Origin: Gammaproteobacteria bacterium
Lineage (GTDB): Bacteria; Pseudomonadota; Gammaproteobacteria; SZUA-229
Length of the DNA: 64,000 nt
Direction of reading: 5' to 3'
Assembly (NCBI GenBank): GCA_029881795.1
Contig: JAOULX010000015.1
Location: forward strand, 1,810-65,809
Below, one piece after another: positions 10,060 through 19,662 of the stretch. Position numbers and translations under genes: made by a program. Each line of letters starts with the position of its first letter. Within the stretch, counting starts at the first letter, position 1. A model generated the notes under the pieces. It searched no databases. It saw only the letters and a program-made list of their open reading frames with translations, and was not told the DNA's origin.

Positions 10060-11757
10060 TTAACTAAAGCGCTCAAAGTCAGAATCGTTACCGGACTTGC
10101 TAGCAGACGGTTTTGTCGGAACTCCTTTTTTCTGGCCAGTCACAGGCTGTACTGCTTTGTCACTTACAGCGCTGGTATCACCATCACTTACTTTAAAAAA
10201 GCTCACCACATTCTGTAACTGTACAGCCTGTGAACTAAGCTCTTCAGAGGTTGCCGCCAGCTCTTCAGATGCTGCGGCATTTGTCTGCGCTACTTTATCT
10301 AACTGTGACACTGCGGTGTTAACCTGGCCGACACCTGCTGCCTGCTCTTCAGAGGCCGCAGTAATTTCCTGTACTAGATCTGCTGTCTTTTGAATCCCCG
10401 GAACTATCTGACTTAACAATGTGCCGGCTTTTTCTGCTATTGTCACACTGCTACTGGCCAGCTCCGATATTTCCTGGGCTGAATCCTGACTACGTTCTGC
10501 CAGTTTACGAACTTCTGCCGCCACCACTGCAAAACCTTTACCGTGCTCACCCGCTCGCGCTGCTTCAATCGCCGCATTTAATGCTAACAAATTGGTTTTA
10601 TATGCAATATCTTCAATAATATTAATTTTCTCTGCAATATTCTTCATTGCAATAACCGTTTCTTCTACTGCTGAACCACCTTCCTGCGCTTCCTTTGATG
10701 CTTTGCTGGCTACTGAATCGGTTGTTTTTGCGTTATCTGCATTTTGATTAATAGAAGCACCCATTTGTTCTAATGACGCACTGGTTTCTTCAATAGATGC
10801 GGCTTGCTCTGTTGCTCCCTGGCTTAATGTCTGCGCCGTCGCACTAATTTCTTCTGAACCCGATGAAATATTATCAACCGAACTACTGACCTCTAACATT
10901 ACATTCTGAATTTTTTCGATAAAGCCGTTAAACGCCCTGGCTGTTTCTCCAATTTCATCGGTTCCAAAATCTGGCAAACGTTGTGTCAGGTCGCCCTCAC
11001 CCTGATCAAGATCACTTGCCGCTGCCCGCATCATATTCATTGGCGTAGTAATCGAACGGACTGCTAAAAACCCACTAACTCCACCAACAATTAAAACCAC
11101 GATACTGATAACTAATATCGTGATAATTGCAGTCTCTTCATGTGAAAGAACCGTCCCAGCTGCCTCTGCTGTGAATTTTTCCAACTCATCCAGCAAGACA
11201 CCAAACTCTTTATTCAATTTATCTTCTTCAGCTTCAATCTTTTCTTCTGCGGCACGCGCTTCTGCAAGCAAGCCTTTGCGTAACTCATCGACTACTATAA
11301 GCACATGCTTGTCCACACTGCTATGCTGCTCACCTATAGACTTAAAGCTTTCACTAACATGCTGAAATTCTTTTAACAACTTATCCGAGTCTGCCTGTTC
11401 GATTGCCGCTGTTACCACCTTTTCTGCCGCTTTCAGTTCTGCCTCGACTTTAGCCATCATTGCCTCAAACTCTTTTTCAAGCTCTTCAAATTTTTCGGCG
11501 GCATGAGCACTGGCCGACATCACTTCGCCATACCGGATCATCCTTTCAAAAATAACAGTTTGTTGAAGCTGATACTGTGTTAATAACGAGACTGATTTAG
11601 TCAGCGGTATATCGTTATTCACAACACCTTTAAGCTCATTCCCAATACTCCCCATAGAAGAGATGGCCAGCACGCCCAGTATTAAAATACCGCTCATGAG
11701 CACGCCAACACCCATATATATTCGGGCACCTACTTTCATATTTTTTATTAATGACAT
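10060..11757 (-). CDS. Methyl-accepting chemotaxis protein (TM, periplasmic helical-bundle sensor, TM, HAMP, signalling domain; C-terminal DFERF pentapeptide-like tail)
   Basis: [33 protein letters not shown] hairpin tip; GDLTQRL...DEIGE HAMP; ends SDFERFS. Confidence 0.95.
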   Translation of the reverse strand: MSLIKNMKVGARIYMGVGVLMSGILILGVLAISSMGSIGNELKGVVNNDIPLTKSVSLLTQYQLQQTVIFERMIRYGEVMSASAHAAEKFEELEKEFEAMMAKVEAELKAAEKVVTAAIEQADSDKLLKEFQHVSESFKSIGEQHSSVDKHVLIVVDELRKGLLAEARAAEEKIEAEEDKLNKEFGVLLDELEKFTAEAAGTVLSHEETAIITILVISIVVLIVGGVSGFLAVRSITTPMNMMRAAASDLDQGEGDLTQRLPDFGTDEIGETARAFNGFIEKIQNVMLEVSSSVDNISSGSEEISATAQTLSQGATEQAASIEETSASLEQMGASINQNADNAKTTDSVASKASKEAQEGGSAVEETVIAMKNIAEKINIIEDIAYKTNLLALNAAIEAARAGEHGKGFAVVAAEVRKLAERSQDSAQEISELASSSVTIAEKAGTLLSQIVPGIQKTADLVQEITAASEEQAAGVGQVNTAVSQLDKVAQTNAAASEELAATSEELSSQAVQLQNVVSFFKVSDGDTSAVSDKAVQPVTGQKKGVPTKPSASKSGNDSDFERFS

Positions 11758-11774
11758 TTTAATCTCCAGGTCCT

Positions 11775-12581
11775 TTATCTGCTCATCATCGTACGGCCAT
11801 GCAATGGCTGAATAATGCGCGCATTATCTTCAACTAAATTTCTGAATGCTTTTACTTGTTTCGGTGAAATCTGTATCGGGTTTTGAAGAACAAACCAGTT
11901 CACACCTTCAGAGCAAGGCGGGGTGGTTAATGAGCCATTATAGTGATAATAAGACTTATCAGATGGCAGTAATGATGAAGCATTTATAGTGATACTGCCA
12001 TAGGTGTTCACATTGCCGACACTGGAAGGCAAATGATCCCAGGCCTTTTGTAAATTATAATTTGTAACGCCACGATTTATCATTACACCCACCACTGCCA
12101 GGCGGCCATCAGTAGCCTGATGCACCAGATGCATTTCCATTGGACTCGCTCTGCCAGCTATTTTATGTTCACTGGGCGCGTGAAAATGAAATTGTATTAA
12201 GTTATATCGCTTACCACCTGCCAGCAGATAACTGTTGCCGCTGTAGTTTACCTGAATGGTGTGTCCGTTATTAATGATAGCCAGTGAACTGGGCGAATAA
12301 TGGAACTCAAGCTTATCCAGACCCCGGTTAACTGCCTCACGAATATCCACCGGTGACTGATTCTGACCAGCCTTGCAGGTATGATAATCCTCACTCATAT
12401 CCCCCCAGGCATTAGGGCCATTGTCATTACCATATCCCCAATGCGCATTACCATGAGAAGATTTATTTGTTTTAGTAGCATGCTTTTCAGCGCCACCACT
12501 CTGGCTGGCGATTGCATGAGACATAGTCAAACCGATTGTCGCGGCCAGTATTGAAACTGTCATTGTTTTAAATATTTCCAT
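11775..12581 (-). CDS. Alpha-class carbonic anhydrase with N-terminal signal peptide
   Basis: HWGY, QSPVDI, NNGHTIQV, QFHFHAPSEH and EMHLVH (three Zn-ligand His), GSLTTPPCSEGVNW. Confidence 0.96.
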   Translation of the reverse strand: MEIFKTMTVSILAATIGLTMSHAIASQSGGAEKHATKTNKSSHGNAHWGYGNDNGPNAWGDMSEDYHTCKAGQNQSPVDIREAVNRGLDKLEFHYSPSSLAIINNGHTIQVNYSGNSYLLAGGKRYNLIQFHFHAPSEHKIAGRASPMEMHLVHQATDGRLAVVGVMINRGVTNYNLQKAWDHLPSSVGNVNTYGSITINASSLLPSDKSYYHYNGSLTTPPCSEGVNWFVLQNPIQISPKQVKAFRNLVEDNARIIQPLHGRTMMSR

Positions 12582-12598
12582 TCTTCACTTCCCCTTAT

Positions 12599-14818
12599 TT
12601 AATGTTGTGTTAGCTGTAATTCATGCTTTGAGTTTGAACTCAGCACAGCACTATTTTCCTGATTAGCAGTACGGGAGACTAGCGCAGGCACATCTAAAAT
12701 AACCGCCACCTCACCCGAACCTAATATGGTCGAGCCACCAATTCCCGATAAGTTACTAAATATCTTGCCCAACGGTTTGATAACTGTCTGAAATTCACCC
12801 AGCAACTCATCAACTACAATCCCGGCTTTTTTTCTGGCATATTGCACAACCACGATATTTTCCCGGTTTACCGAAGCCGTTGAATGGTGGAACATTTCTC
12901 TAAGACGGATAAATGGCAGTACTTCACCCCGAAGATTAATATAATCATGTTCCATAGAGGCCTTTCTCTCCTCTTCTGTCAATTCAACACACTCAATTAC
13001 AGAATCCAGCGGGATGACATATGATGCCTTCTCCACCCCAACCAGAAATCCGTCAATTATTGCCAGCGTCAATGGCAAGCGTATTCTGATGGTTGTACCC
13101 AGTCCCATTTGGCTTTCAACATCAATGCTTCCGCGTAAAGATTCAATATTTCTCCTGACAACATCCATGCCTACGCCGCGTCCTGAAATATTTGTAATTT
13201 CTTTTGCGGTAGATAATCCAGCCTCAAATATCAGTCGATATATTTCTGCATCTGTAAGCGTTACACCTTGTTTAACAAGGCCTTTTTCCAGCGCTTTATT
13301 AAGCAGCTTATCTTTATCCAGTCCGCGACCATCATCGGTTACTTCTATAACAATACTACCGGAATCATGATAGGCACTGAGAGATAACTTTCCGACAACA
13401 GGTTTTAAACTGCGCTGCCTCTCATCCGAACTCTCAATGCCATGGTCCATTGAATTTCTAACCAGATGCATTAAAGGGTCAGAAATTTTCTCTACCACTG
13501 TTTTATCCAGCTCTGTATCGGCGCCATTTATTGTCAGCTCAATATCTTTTCCAAGCTCAAGACTGACATCCCGCACAACCCGTTGAAAACGATTAAAGGT
13601 ATCACCAATCTGAACCATTCGTAAACGCAATGCGCTGTCACGGATTTCTTCTACCAGTCGTGAGGTAATAGAGTTGGCTTCCATCAACTCTGAGTTTTCA
13701 CTTTTTTCTGCCAGCAAGAAAGAGCTTGAATTGGCAATCACCAGCTCCCCTACCAGATTGATAAGCTCATCCAGTTTTACCGCATCTACTCTGACAGACT
13801 TTGACTCAGATTTTTTCTTATTGCGAACCACCTGTTGCTTTTCAACAGCAGCGGTGACCACTTGCTGTTCAACCACACCAGAATCAACCAGTATCTCACC
13901 TAAAGGCTGCTCACCACCGGAGTTGGAAATAGCCTGCTGATCATTCAGTACTTTATTCAGCTCTTTTCTGGTTAATACTTTCGTCTTAAGCAGAATTTCA
14001 CCCAGCATTGAGTCTTCTTCTGGTAATTCCTGTATTAAACTAATGTATTCGCCGATCAAACTATTCGGCGGTAAAATTCTAATCTGGCAATCATCTTTAA
14101 CAAAATCAAATACTGACTCGATAGATTCTTTACTTTCCTCTGTTTCAAAACCTATTTCAAATCCCAGATAACAGTCTTCAGGATCGATCTCATGCAACAA
14201 CGGTACGTTATCAAGCAGTGTTGAAATTGAGACGATATTACCTATCCGCTGTAGGTAACGAATAAATGACTGCGGGTCCATTCCACCTTTTAACACGTCA
14301 GGGCCAAATCTTAATGAAATATGCCAGTTATCATTACTCACGCTAAGACTTTCATCTCGCGAAATTTCCTTAATAACTGACGGCGCCGGCTCGGCGTCAT
14401 TGCTTGAATTATTTCTTGTTTGCCCCATACACGATTCAAGCTGTACGATCAGCGACTCACTGATCACCAGTAAATCTCCGGGCACTGAGTCGTCGTTCTC
14501 AACCACATAATTGACCAGCTCGGCCATATGGTCTCCCGACTTTAACAAGACCGCGATAATCTCGTCATTAATAACGATCTCCCGGTCACGAATCTTATCC
14601 AGCAAACTTTCGGCAACGTGAGTAAAGGACACTACATCATCAAACCCAAATACTCCTGCCGTGCCTTTTATGGTATGAGCCGCACGAAAAACAGCGCTCA
14701 CTGCATCCATATCATCAGGCTCGCTTTCAAGATGTAACAGCGCCTGTTCCATATCTTCGAGCAACTCTTCGGCTTCTACCTGAAAGCCTTGTTTGGCCGC
14801 ATCCATTTCATCACTCAT
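12599..14818 (-). CDS. cheA: Chemotaxis histidine kinase CheA
   Basis: Hpt FRAAHTIKG, LINLVGELVI, HLVRNSMDHGIE, SGRGVGMDVV, C-terminal CheW domain. Confidence 0.97.
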   Translation of the reverse strand: MSDEMDAAKQGFQVEAEELLEDMEQALLHLESEPDDMDAVSAVFRAAHTIKGTAGVFGFDDVVSFTHVAESLLDKIRDREIVINDEIIAVLLKSGDHMAELVNYVVENDDSVPGDLLVISESLIVQLESCMGQTRNNSSNDAEPAPSVIKEISRDESLSVSNDNWHISLRFGPDVLKGGMDPQSFIRYLQRIGNIVSISTLLDNVPLLHEIDPEDCYLGFEIGFETEESKESIESVFDFVKDDCQIRILPPNSLIGEYISLIQELPEEDSMLGEILLKTKVLTRKELNKVLNDQQAISNSGGEQPLGEILVDSGVVEQQVVTAAVEKQQVVRNKKKSESKSVRVDAVKLDELINLVGELVIANSSSFLLAEKSENSELMEANSITSRLVEEIRDSALRLRMVQIGDTFNRFQRVVRDVSLELGKDIELTINGADTELDKTVVEKISDPLMHLVRNSMDHGIESSDERQRSLKPVVGKLSLSAYHDSGSIVIEVTDDGRGLDKDKLLNKALEKGLVKQGVTLTDAEIYRLIFEAGLSTAKEITNISGRGVGMDVVRRNIESLRGSIDVESQMGLGTTIRIRLPLTLAIIDGFLVGVEKASYVIPLDSVIECVELTEEERKASMEHDYINLRGEVLPFIRLREMFHHSTASVNRENIVVVQYARKKAGIVVDELLGEFQTVIKPLGKIFSNLSGIGGSTILGSGEVAVILDVPALVSRTANQENSAVLSSNSKHELQLTQH

Positions 14819-14853
14819 AAGACATACTCCTTCTGATATTTATACTCGAGAGT

Positions 14854-15159
14854 TTATTTCTCAATCACTATTGGATCACCAAAATATGTGGTCATATCAA
14901 ATAAATCCAGCAATGAAACCACGGCCGAGCTATGCGCTGTAAAGTTCACGACCTTGTTATCTCTGGCTGCATTTTTTTTCAGCGAAACCATCAACTGAAT
15001 TCCGGCAGTGTCTATTTCAGTCACATTATTAAGACTGACATTAATACAATTAGCTGCAGACAAAGACGACTCAAAAAGCTCTTTTAATTCTCCCGCCTCA
15101 TATATTGTCATATCGGCCGGAATCTGAATGTCGATCTGTTGATTACCCATCTCAATCAC
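14854..15159 (-). CDS. STAS domain protein
   Basis: DMTIYEA...VTEIDTAGIQLMVSL; sits between cheY and cheA. Confidence 0.88.
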   Translation of the reverse strand: MIEMGNQQIDIQIPADMTIYEAGELKELFESSLSAANCINVSLNNVTEIDTAGIQLMVSLKKNAARDNKVVNFTAHSSAVVSLLDLFDMTTYFGDPIVIEK

Positions 15160-15170
15160 TACCTATCCAT

Positions 15171-15536
15171 TTATGGCATAATTAGTTTCGATACTGCCGC
15201 CAGCATCTGATCCGGTTTAAATGGCTTAACCACCCAGGCTTTCACGCCTGCCGCCTTACCTCTTTCTTTCATGTCACCGCCGGATTCGGTTGTCAGCATG
15301 ATCACGGGGGTAAATTTATAATTAGGCAGCTTCTTCATTTCTGTAACAAATGTAAGACCATCCATCACCGGCATATTCACATCACTGACAACCAGATTGA
15401 TCTTGGTACCATCAAGTTTACTCAGCGCCTGTTTGCCATCACCCGCTTCTATCACATCGTATCCCGCACCTCTTAATGCGATAGCGACAACCTGCCGTAA
15501 AGAAGACGAATCATCTACTATTAAAATTGTTGCCAT
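15171..15536 (-). CDS. cheY: Single-domain response regulator CheY
   Basis: IVDDS, SDVNMPVMDG, MLTTE, VKPF. Confidence 0.93.
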   Translation of the reverse strand: MATILIVDDSSSLRQVVAIALRGAGYDVIEAGDGKQALSKLDGTKINLVVSDVNMPVMDGLTFVTEMKKLPNYKFTPVIMLTTESGGDMKERGKAAGVKAWVVKPFKPDQMLAAVSKLIMP

Positions 15537-15568
15537 TCTTTATTCCCCTTTCTCCATTTAATAGCAAT

Positions 15569-16714
15569 TTAAAAAAACGTTATTTCTTCATCTGCATTTA
15601 CTGACACAGCGTTTTTACCTTCATGATTTCTGTGTTGTTCTTCAGTGGTGTAATGATGTTTCATGCTTTCAACCCACTCATCCACATCAACCTGATTTAC
15701 AGCCTGTCCGCTTTCCAAGCGGCTAATAAAAGTATCTACTTCCTGCTTAAAGTCTTTCTGGTTTTGAACAAGAGCAGCCGTTATCTGACTAACCCGATCC
15801 TGAAACTGAAGATTAACCAGTACCCCGGAAATATCATTCTGAACTTCGGAAGTTTTATTTTTCAGCACTTCTTCATTACGACTTAATTCTTTTAAAACAT
15901 CATGCAGTCTAGTCATAACTTTACTGATCACATCACGGCTATTTTCCAGCGCCACTTCATCCCTTTGTACAGAATCAGATGCCACTGATACCACACCAAA
16001 AATACTGTCTCTGACTTTCGTCACACCATCATTTATTCGTTTACCAGTTTCAGCTGACATGGCCGACAAATTCCTAACCTCGTCGGCCACAACCGCAAAG
16101 CCACGGCCACTTTCTCCTGCACGGGCTGCTTCTATAGCGGCATTTAGCGCCAAAAGATTAGTCTGGTTTGCAAGTTTGCTTACCTCTTCAGCCATTTTGT
16201 CCAGCTCTTCCATGTAACCACTCAGTGACTGAATCTTTTCAAGCATTTCTGTTTTAGCTGTCGCAGCTTCCTGCAACACTGTTAATACAGTGCTCAGCTG
16301 GATCTCACTCATCTGCACGACATTACCCACATCATCATCACTATTGCCTGCAACCAGTGAGAGCGTATCATTCAGATCGACCACAATGGATGCAAACTGT
16401 TCAGTGACACCATTAATCGACACTTCTATTTGCTGCTGAACAGTTTCTTGCTGTGCAATCCAGACCGGTACAATCCTTTGACTTAATTCATGGACCCAGT
16501 CTTTTTTGGGCAGATCTTGTACCTGCTTATTATCATTCGCGTGAATTTCTTTTTTCTGCTTATCAATGACTGCATATTGCAGATTCAAGCTGACGACTGA
16601 AATAACTACGAGCAAAATAATCAGGCCTGTCGAAATAAAACCGCTAGTATAAATAGCAGTCACACTGATAATCAGCAACACAATAGACAACAGGTACTTT
16701 CTCAATATATCCAT
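15569..16714 (-). CDS. Methyl-accepting chemotaxis protein with little or no periplasmic domain
   Basis: Two adjacent N-terminal TM helices; [40 protein letters not shown]; ends DEEITFF; ATG 16714 preferred. Confidence 0.9.
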   Translation of the reverse strand: MDILRKYLLSIVLLIISVTAIYTSGFISTGLIILLVVISVVSLNLQYAVIDKQKKEIHANDNKQVQDLPKKDWVHELSQRIVPVWIAQQETVQQQIEVSINGVTEQFASIVVDLNDTLSLVAGNSDDDVGNVVQMSEIQLSTVLTVLQEAATAKTEMLEKIQSLSGYMEELDKMAEEVSKLANQTNLLALNAAIEAARAGESGRGFAVVADEVRNLSAMSAETGKRINDGVTKVRDSIFGVVSVASDSVQRDEVALENSRDVISKVMTRLHDVLKELSRNEEVLKNKTSEVQNDISGVLVNLQFQDRVSQITAALVQNQKDFKQEVDTFISRLESGQAVNQVDVDEWVESMKHHYTTEEQHRNHEGKNAVSVNADEEITFF

Positions 16715-16770
16715 TCTTTTATGATCTTTCTGTATGAACAAACAGCTCAAATATCCAATCGACAGCCTTG

Positions 16771-16778
16771 AGTATAGA
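16771..16778 (-). promoter_or_regulatory. Putative -10 element (TCTATACT, sigmaS-like) for the mcp-cheY-STAS-cheA operon
   Basis: Minus strand reads ggTCTATACTcaag about 57 nt upstream of the MCP ATG. Confidence 0.4.
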
Positions 16779-16823
16779 CCGTGTTATTTGCGTTTTGCAT
16801 GAATTTGGCGGTGAAATCAAAAC

Positions 16824-16841
16824 TGTAACAGATATGTAACA
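16824..16841. promoter_or_regulatory. Direct repeat TGTAACA-N4-TGTAACA, candidate OmpR/PhoB-family binding site
   Basis: Perfect 7-mer repeat with 11-bp period upstream of the putative che promoter. Confidence 0.4.
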
Positions 16842-16902
16842 ATTTCTTATTAACTTTGGGGTTATTTCAACACTAAATCAGAATTAGCACCTACTTTTAC
16901 TA

Positions 16903-17991
16903 CTATTTTAATCCTGCATGGTAATAATCCATGATTTTTTTAGGCATCTCCTCCAGCCCCAGCTCCAAATCAACAGCACCTTTTTTTACCGCTTCTTTTG
17001 GCATACCATAGACGACACAGCTTTTTTCGTTTTCTGCCAGTGTATAACTGCCCGCATTTCTCATCTCCAACATACCCGAGGCACCATCATCACCCATTCC
17101 CGTCATAATAATACCCATCGCATTTTTTCCGGCATACTGTGCAACCGATCTGAACAAAACATCCACCGAAGGTTTATGTCGACTGACCAAAGGCCCGTCC
17201 TGAATATTAATTTTATAAATAGCACCACTGCGTTTGATCATCATGTGTTTATCACCCGGTGCTATATAAACATAGCCAGCCAGCACTGATTCTCCATCGA
17301 CCGCCTCTTTAACGGTGACCTCGCAAAGCGTATTCAGCCTCGCTGCAAAGGCTGCAGTAAAAGCACCAGGCATATGCTGCACCACAACTATAGCCGGTGC
17401 TACTCTAGGTAAACAGGTGAGGAGTTTTTCAAGTGCCGTTGTACCGCCTGTCGAGGTACCAATCGCGATTATGCGCTCTGTTGTTCTTGCCATTGCCGAG
17501 GTAACAGGTGCCTTAAGCATGGCATCGGCACTAAGCTTTGCCCTGACCTCGGCAACAGGCACCGTTTTAGCGCCTGAAGCTCTCTTTAATTTAGCCCTTG
17601 ATGCCGCTCTAATAGCGTTCGCAATTTCTTTTGCCGACTCCTCAAGGAAGCCTTTGACGCCCATTTTTGGTTTGGTCACAATCTCTACCGCACCTGCAGA
17701 CATTGCCTGCATCGTGGTCTCTGCACCTTTCTCAGTTAATGTTGAACACATGACGACCGGAGTTGGCTGTTGTTGCATGATCTGCTTGAGAAAAGTAATG
17801 CCGTCCATACGCGGCATTTCGACATCTAGCACAATCACATCCGGCCATTGTTTTTCCATATACTTGATGGCAAATAATGGATCCTGTGCTGCTGCACAAA
17901 CCTCCATATCCGGCTGCGCTGAGACTATTTCTGTCAGCATTTTACGAACTACGGCAGAGTCATCCACTAAAAGAACTTTGATTTTTTCCAT
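16903..17991 (-). CDS. cheB: Chemotaxis methylesterase CheB (REC + esterase)
   Basis: [33 protein letters not shown]. Confidence 0.97.
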   Translation of the reverse strand: MEKIKVLLVDDSAVVRKMLTEIVSAQPDMEVCAAAQDPLFAIKYMEKQWPDVIVLDVEMPRMDGITFLKQIMQQQPTPVVMCSTLTEKGAETTMQAMSAGAVEIVTKPKMGVKGFLEESAKEIANAIRAASRAKLKRASGAKTVPVAEVRAKLSADAMLKAPVTSAMARTTERIIAIGTSTGGTTALEKLLTCLPRVAPAIVVVQHMPGAFTAAFAARLNTLCEVTVKEAVDGESVLAGYVYIAPGDKHMMIKRSGAIYKINIQDGPLVSRHKPSVDVLFRSVAQYAGKNAMGIIMTGMGDDGASGMLEMRNAGSYTLAENEKSCVVYGMPKEAVKKGAVDLELGLEEMPKKIMDYYHAGLK

Positions 17992-18103
17992 TCTGTACTG
18001 ACTATCCCGTCTAATAATTATTTTCTTAGATAGTTATAGCTTTGTTTTTACGAACTACCAAGTTTTATCAATTACATTGTTTATATCTAGCACAAATTAC
18101 ACG

Positions 18104-18880
18104 CTAGCTGTTTTTTACCCTGTCCCAGAGCAGAATTAATTGCTGCTCGCTCATCTCAGATACATCCTTGCCCTGCTCTCTGCATAACACCTCTACTTGC
18201 CTGTAACGACTTTCAAATTTATTAGTGGCTCTGCGTAGTGCATTTTCTGCATCAAAATGTAGGTGTCTTGATAAATTAACAACAGAAAATAATAAGTCTC
18301 CGATCTCCTCTTCAATATTTACCTGATTATTATTAATATGCGCTTCTCTGACCTCTGCTAGCTCTTCTTCAATTTTTCTATAAACCGGCTCGATTTGCTG
18401 CCAGTCAAAACCCTCTTTAGCAACCTTTGCTTGCATTTTTTGCGCTACTTTCAGAGCTGGCAGGGCTTTACTTAAGCCATCGAGTGAACTTTCTGTACTT
18501 TTATTTTCAGCCTGTCTCTCCTGCTTTTTGTTATTTTCCCAGGCATTTTTAAATTCAGCTTCATTTTCAAACACAGCATCTGAAAACACATGCGGATGGC
18601 GACGTGTCATTTTCTCAACTATAGCCGTGACCACATCCGAAAAATCAAAACTGCCTTCTTCTTCTGCAAGCTGGCAATAAAAGACCACCTGAAACAAAAG
18701 ATCACCAAGCTCCGTTTTAAGCTCGTTTTTGTCACCTTTATCAATCGCCTCGGCCACTTCATAAACCTCTTCGATGGTATAGGGCACTATCGATTTAAAA
18801 TCTTGTTTTAAGTCCCAGGGACAACCTGTTCCCGGTGTTCTCAAGGATTTCATCAATTCCAGCAATTTCTCGATTTTCAT
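18104..18880 (-). CDS. mazG: Nucleoside triphosphate pyrophosphohydrolase MazG
   Basis: GCPWD, EEVYEV, ELGDLLFQVVF, RRHPHVF, second EEEIGDLLF domain. Confidence 0.96.
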   Translation of the reverse strand: MKIEKLLELMKSLRTPGTGCPWDLKQDFKSIVPYTIEEVYEVAEAIDKGDKNELKTELGDLLFQVVFYCQLAEEEGSFDFSDVVTAIVEKMTRRHPHVFSDAVFENEAEFKNAWENNKKQERQAENKSTESSLDGLSKALPALKVAQKMQAKVAKEGFDWQQIEPVYRKIEEELAEVREAHINNNQVNIEEEIGDLLFSVVNLSRHLHFDAENALRRATNKFESRYRQVEVLCREQGKDVSEMSEQQLILLWDRVKNS

Positions 18881-18947
18881 TTCATCACCTGATATTTCAC
18901 TGCGCTAGCTAATTCACACAACAACACTCTAACACTATTTTTAAGGC

Positions 18948-18977
18948 AAAAAAAAACGCCCAACAGGGCGTTTTTTT
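18948..18977. terminator. Rho-independent terminator (potentially bidirectional) downstream of yfaZ
   Basis: A-run CGCCC aaca GGGCG T-run. Confidence 0.85.
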
Positions 18978-18992
18978 GATCTGCCGAATCAC

Positions 18993-19571
18993 TTAAAAGC
19001 TGATTCGAATACCCAGATGCATCGCATCATCCAGATCAAACTCATTTGCAAGCTCATCTTTAAAGGTCATTACCCTGTAGCCAATATAGGCACGAGCATT
19101 CGGCGAGACTTCTGCTTCTATATCAAAGCGCGCTTCAGAGAATCCTTCCGCATCACCAAAACCGGTGATAGAGGGCACACTATAACCTTCAAATAACAAA
19201 GCTACCGGCGTTGAAGACGGGAATACATACCTGACTAGGCCGCCGATTCCCATACCACCACCCTGCACGTTAGCCAGACCGAGATCTGCTACATAGGCTT
19301 TAACACCAACGCCAAACTGCAACGCCCTTTTACCACCAGCGCCATTTGCACTAACCAGCAATGAAGCTGACACCATAATGTCGTCATTATTATTAAAATA
19401 ATAACTCCAGCCGATATCTGAGCCGCCATAACCAAAGCTGGATGACTTATACAGATAAAATATTTCTGCCGTGTCTTCGCCGATACGGACATCGAAACCT
19501 GTGGCATTTGCCTGCAAGCTGCCAAGCATTAAACATACTGCCAACAACCACTTACTATAACTTAAACGCAT
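18993..19571 (-). CDS. YfaZ-family outer-membrane beta-barrel protein
   Basis: Signal peptide (SLQANA), alternating beta-strand pattern, GVGVKAY, AYIGYR, terminal Phe. Confidence 0.75.
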   Translation of the reverse strand: MRLSYSKWLLAVCLMLGSLQANATGFDVRIGEDTAEIFYLYKSSSFGYGGSDIGWSYYFNNNDDIMVSASLLVSANGAGGKRALQFGVGVKAYVADLGLANVQGGGMGIGGLVRYVFPSSTPVALLFEGYSVPSITGFGDAEGFSEARFDIEAEVSPNARAYIGYRVMTFKDELANEFDLDDAMHLGIRISF

Positions 19572-19587
19572 CTTAACCTTACCCCAT

Positions 19588-19632
19588 AAAAAATGCTGAA
19601 CCTGCTGGCATTATAGCGCAGAATTCAGCATT
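19588..19632 (-). terminator. Probable terminator of soeABC
   Basis: Minus strand aatgctgaa-ttctgc...gcagg-ttcagcatt followed by a T-run, just after the soeC stop. Confidence 0.6.
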
Positions 19633-19662
19633 AGTTAGTCAATATCTTTAATTCGTGAGCTG

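Noticed and set aside
17315..18001. 228-aa + strand ORF and the many other short antisense or nested ORFs in the track (e.g. 5346-5684, 13014-13370, 25160-25645, 28129-28554)
   Set aside because: Shadow frames of well-supported genes on the opposite strand, with no recognisable motifs.
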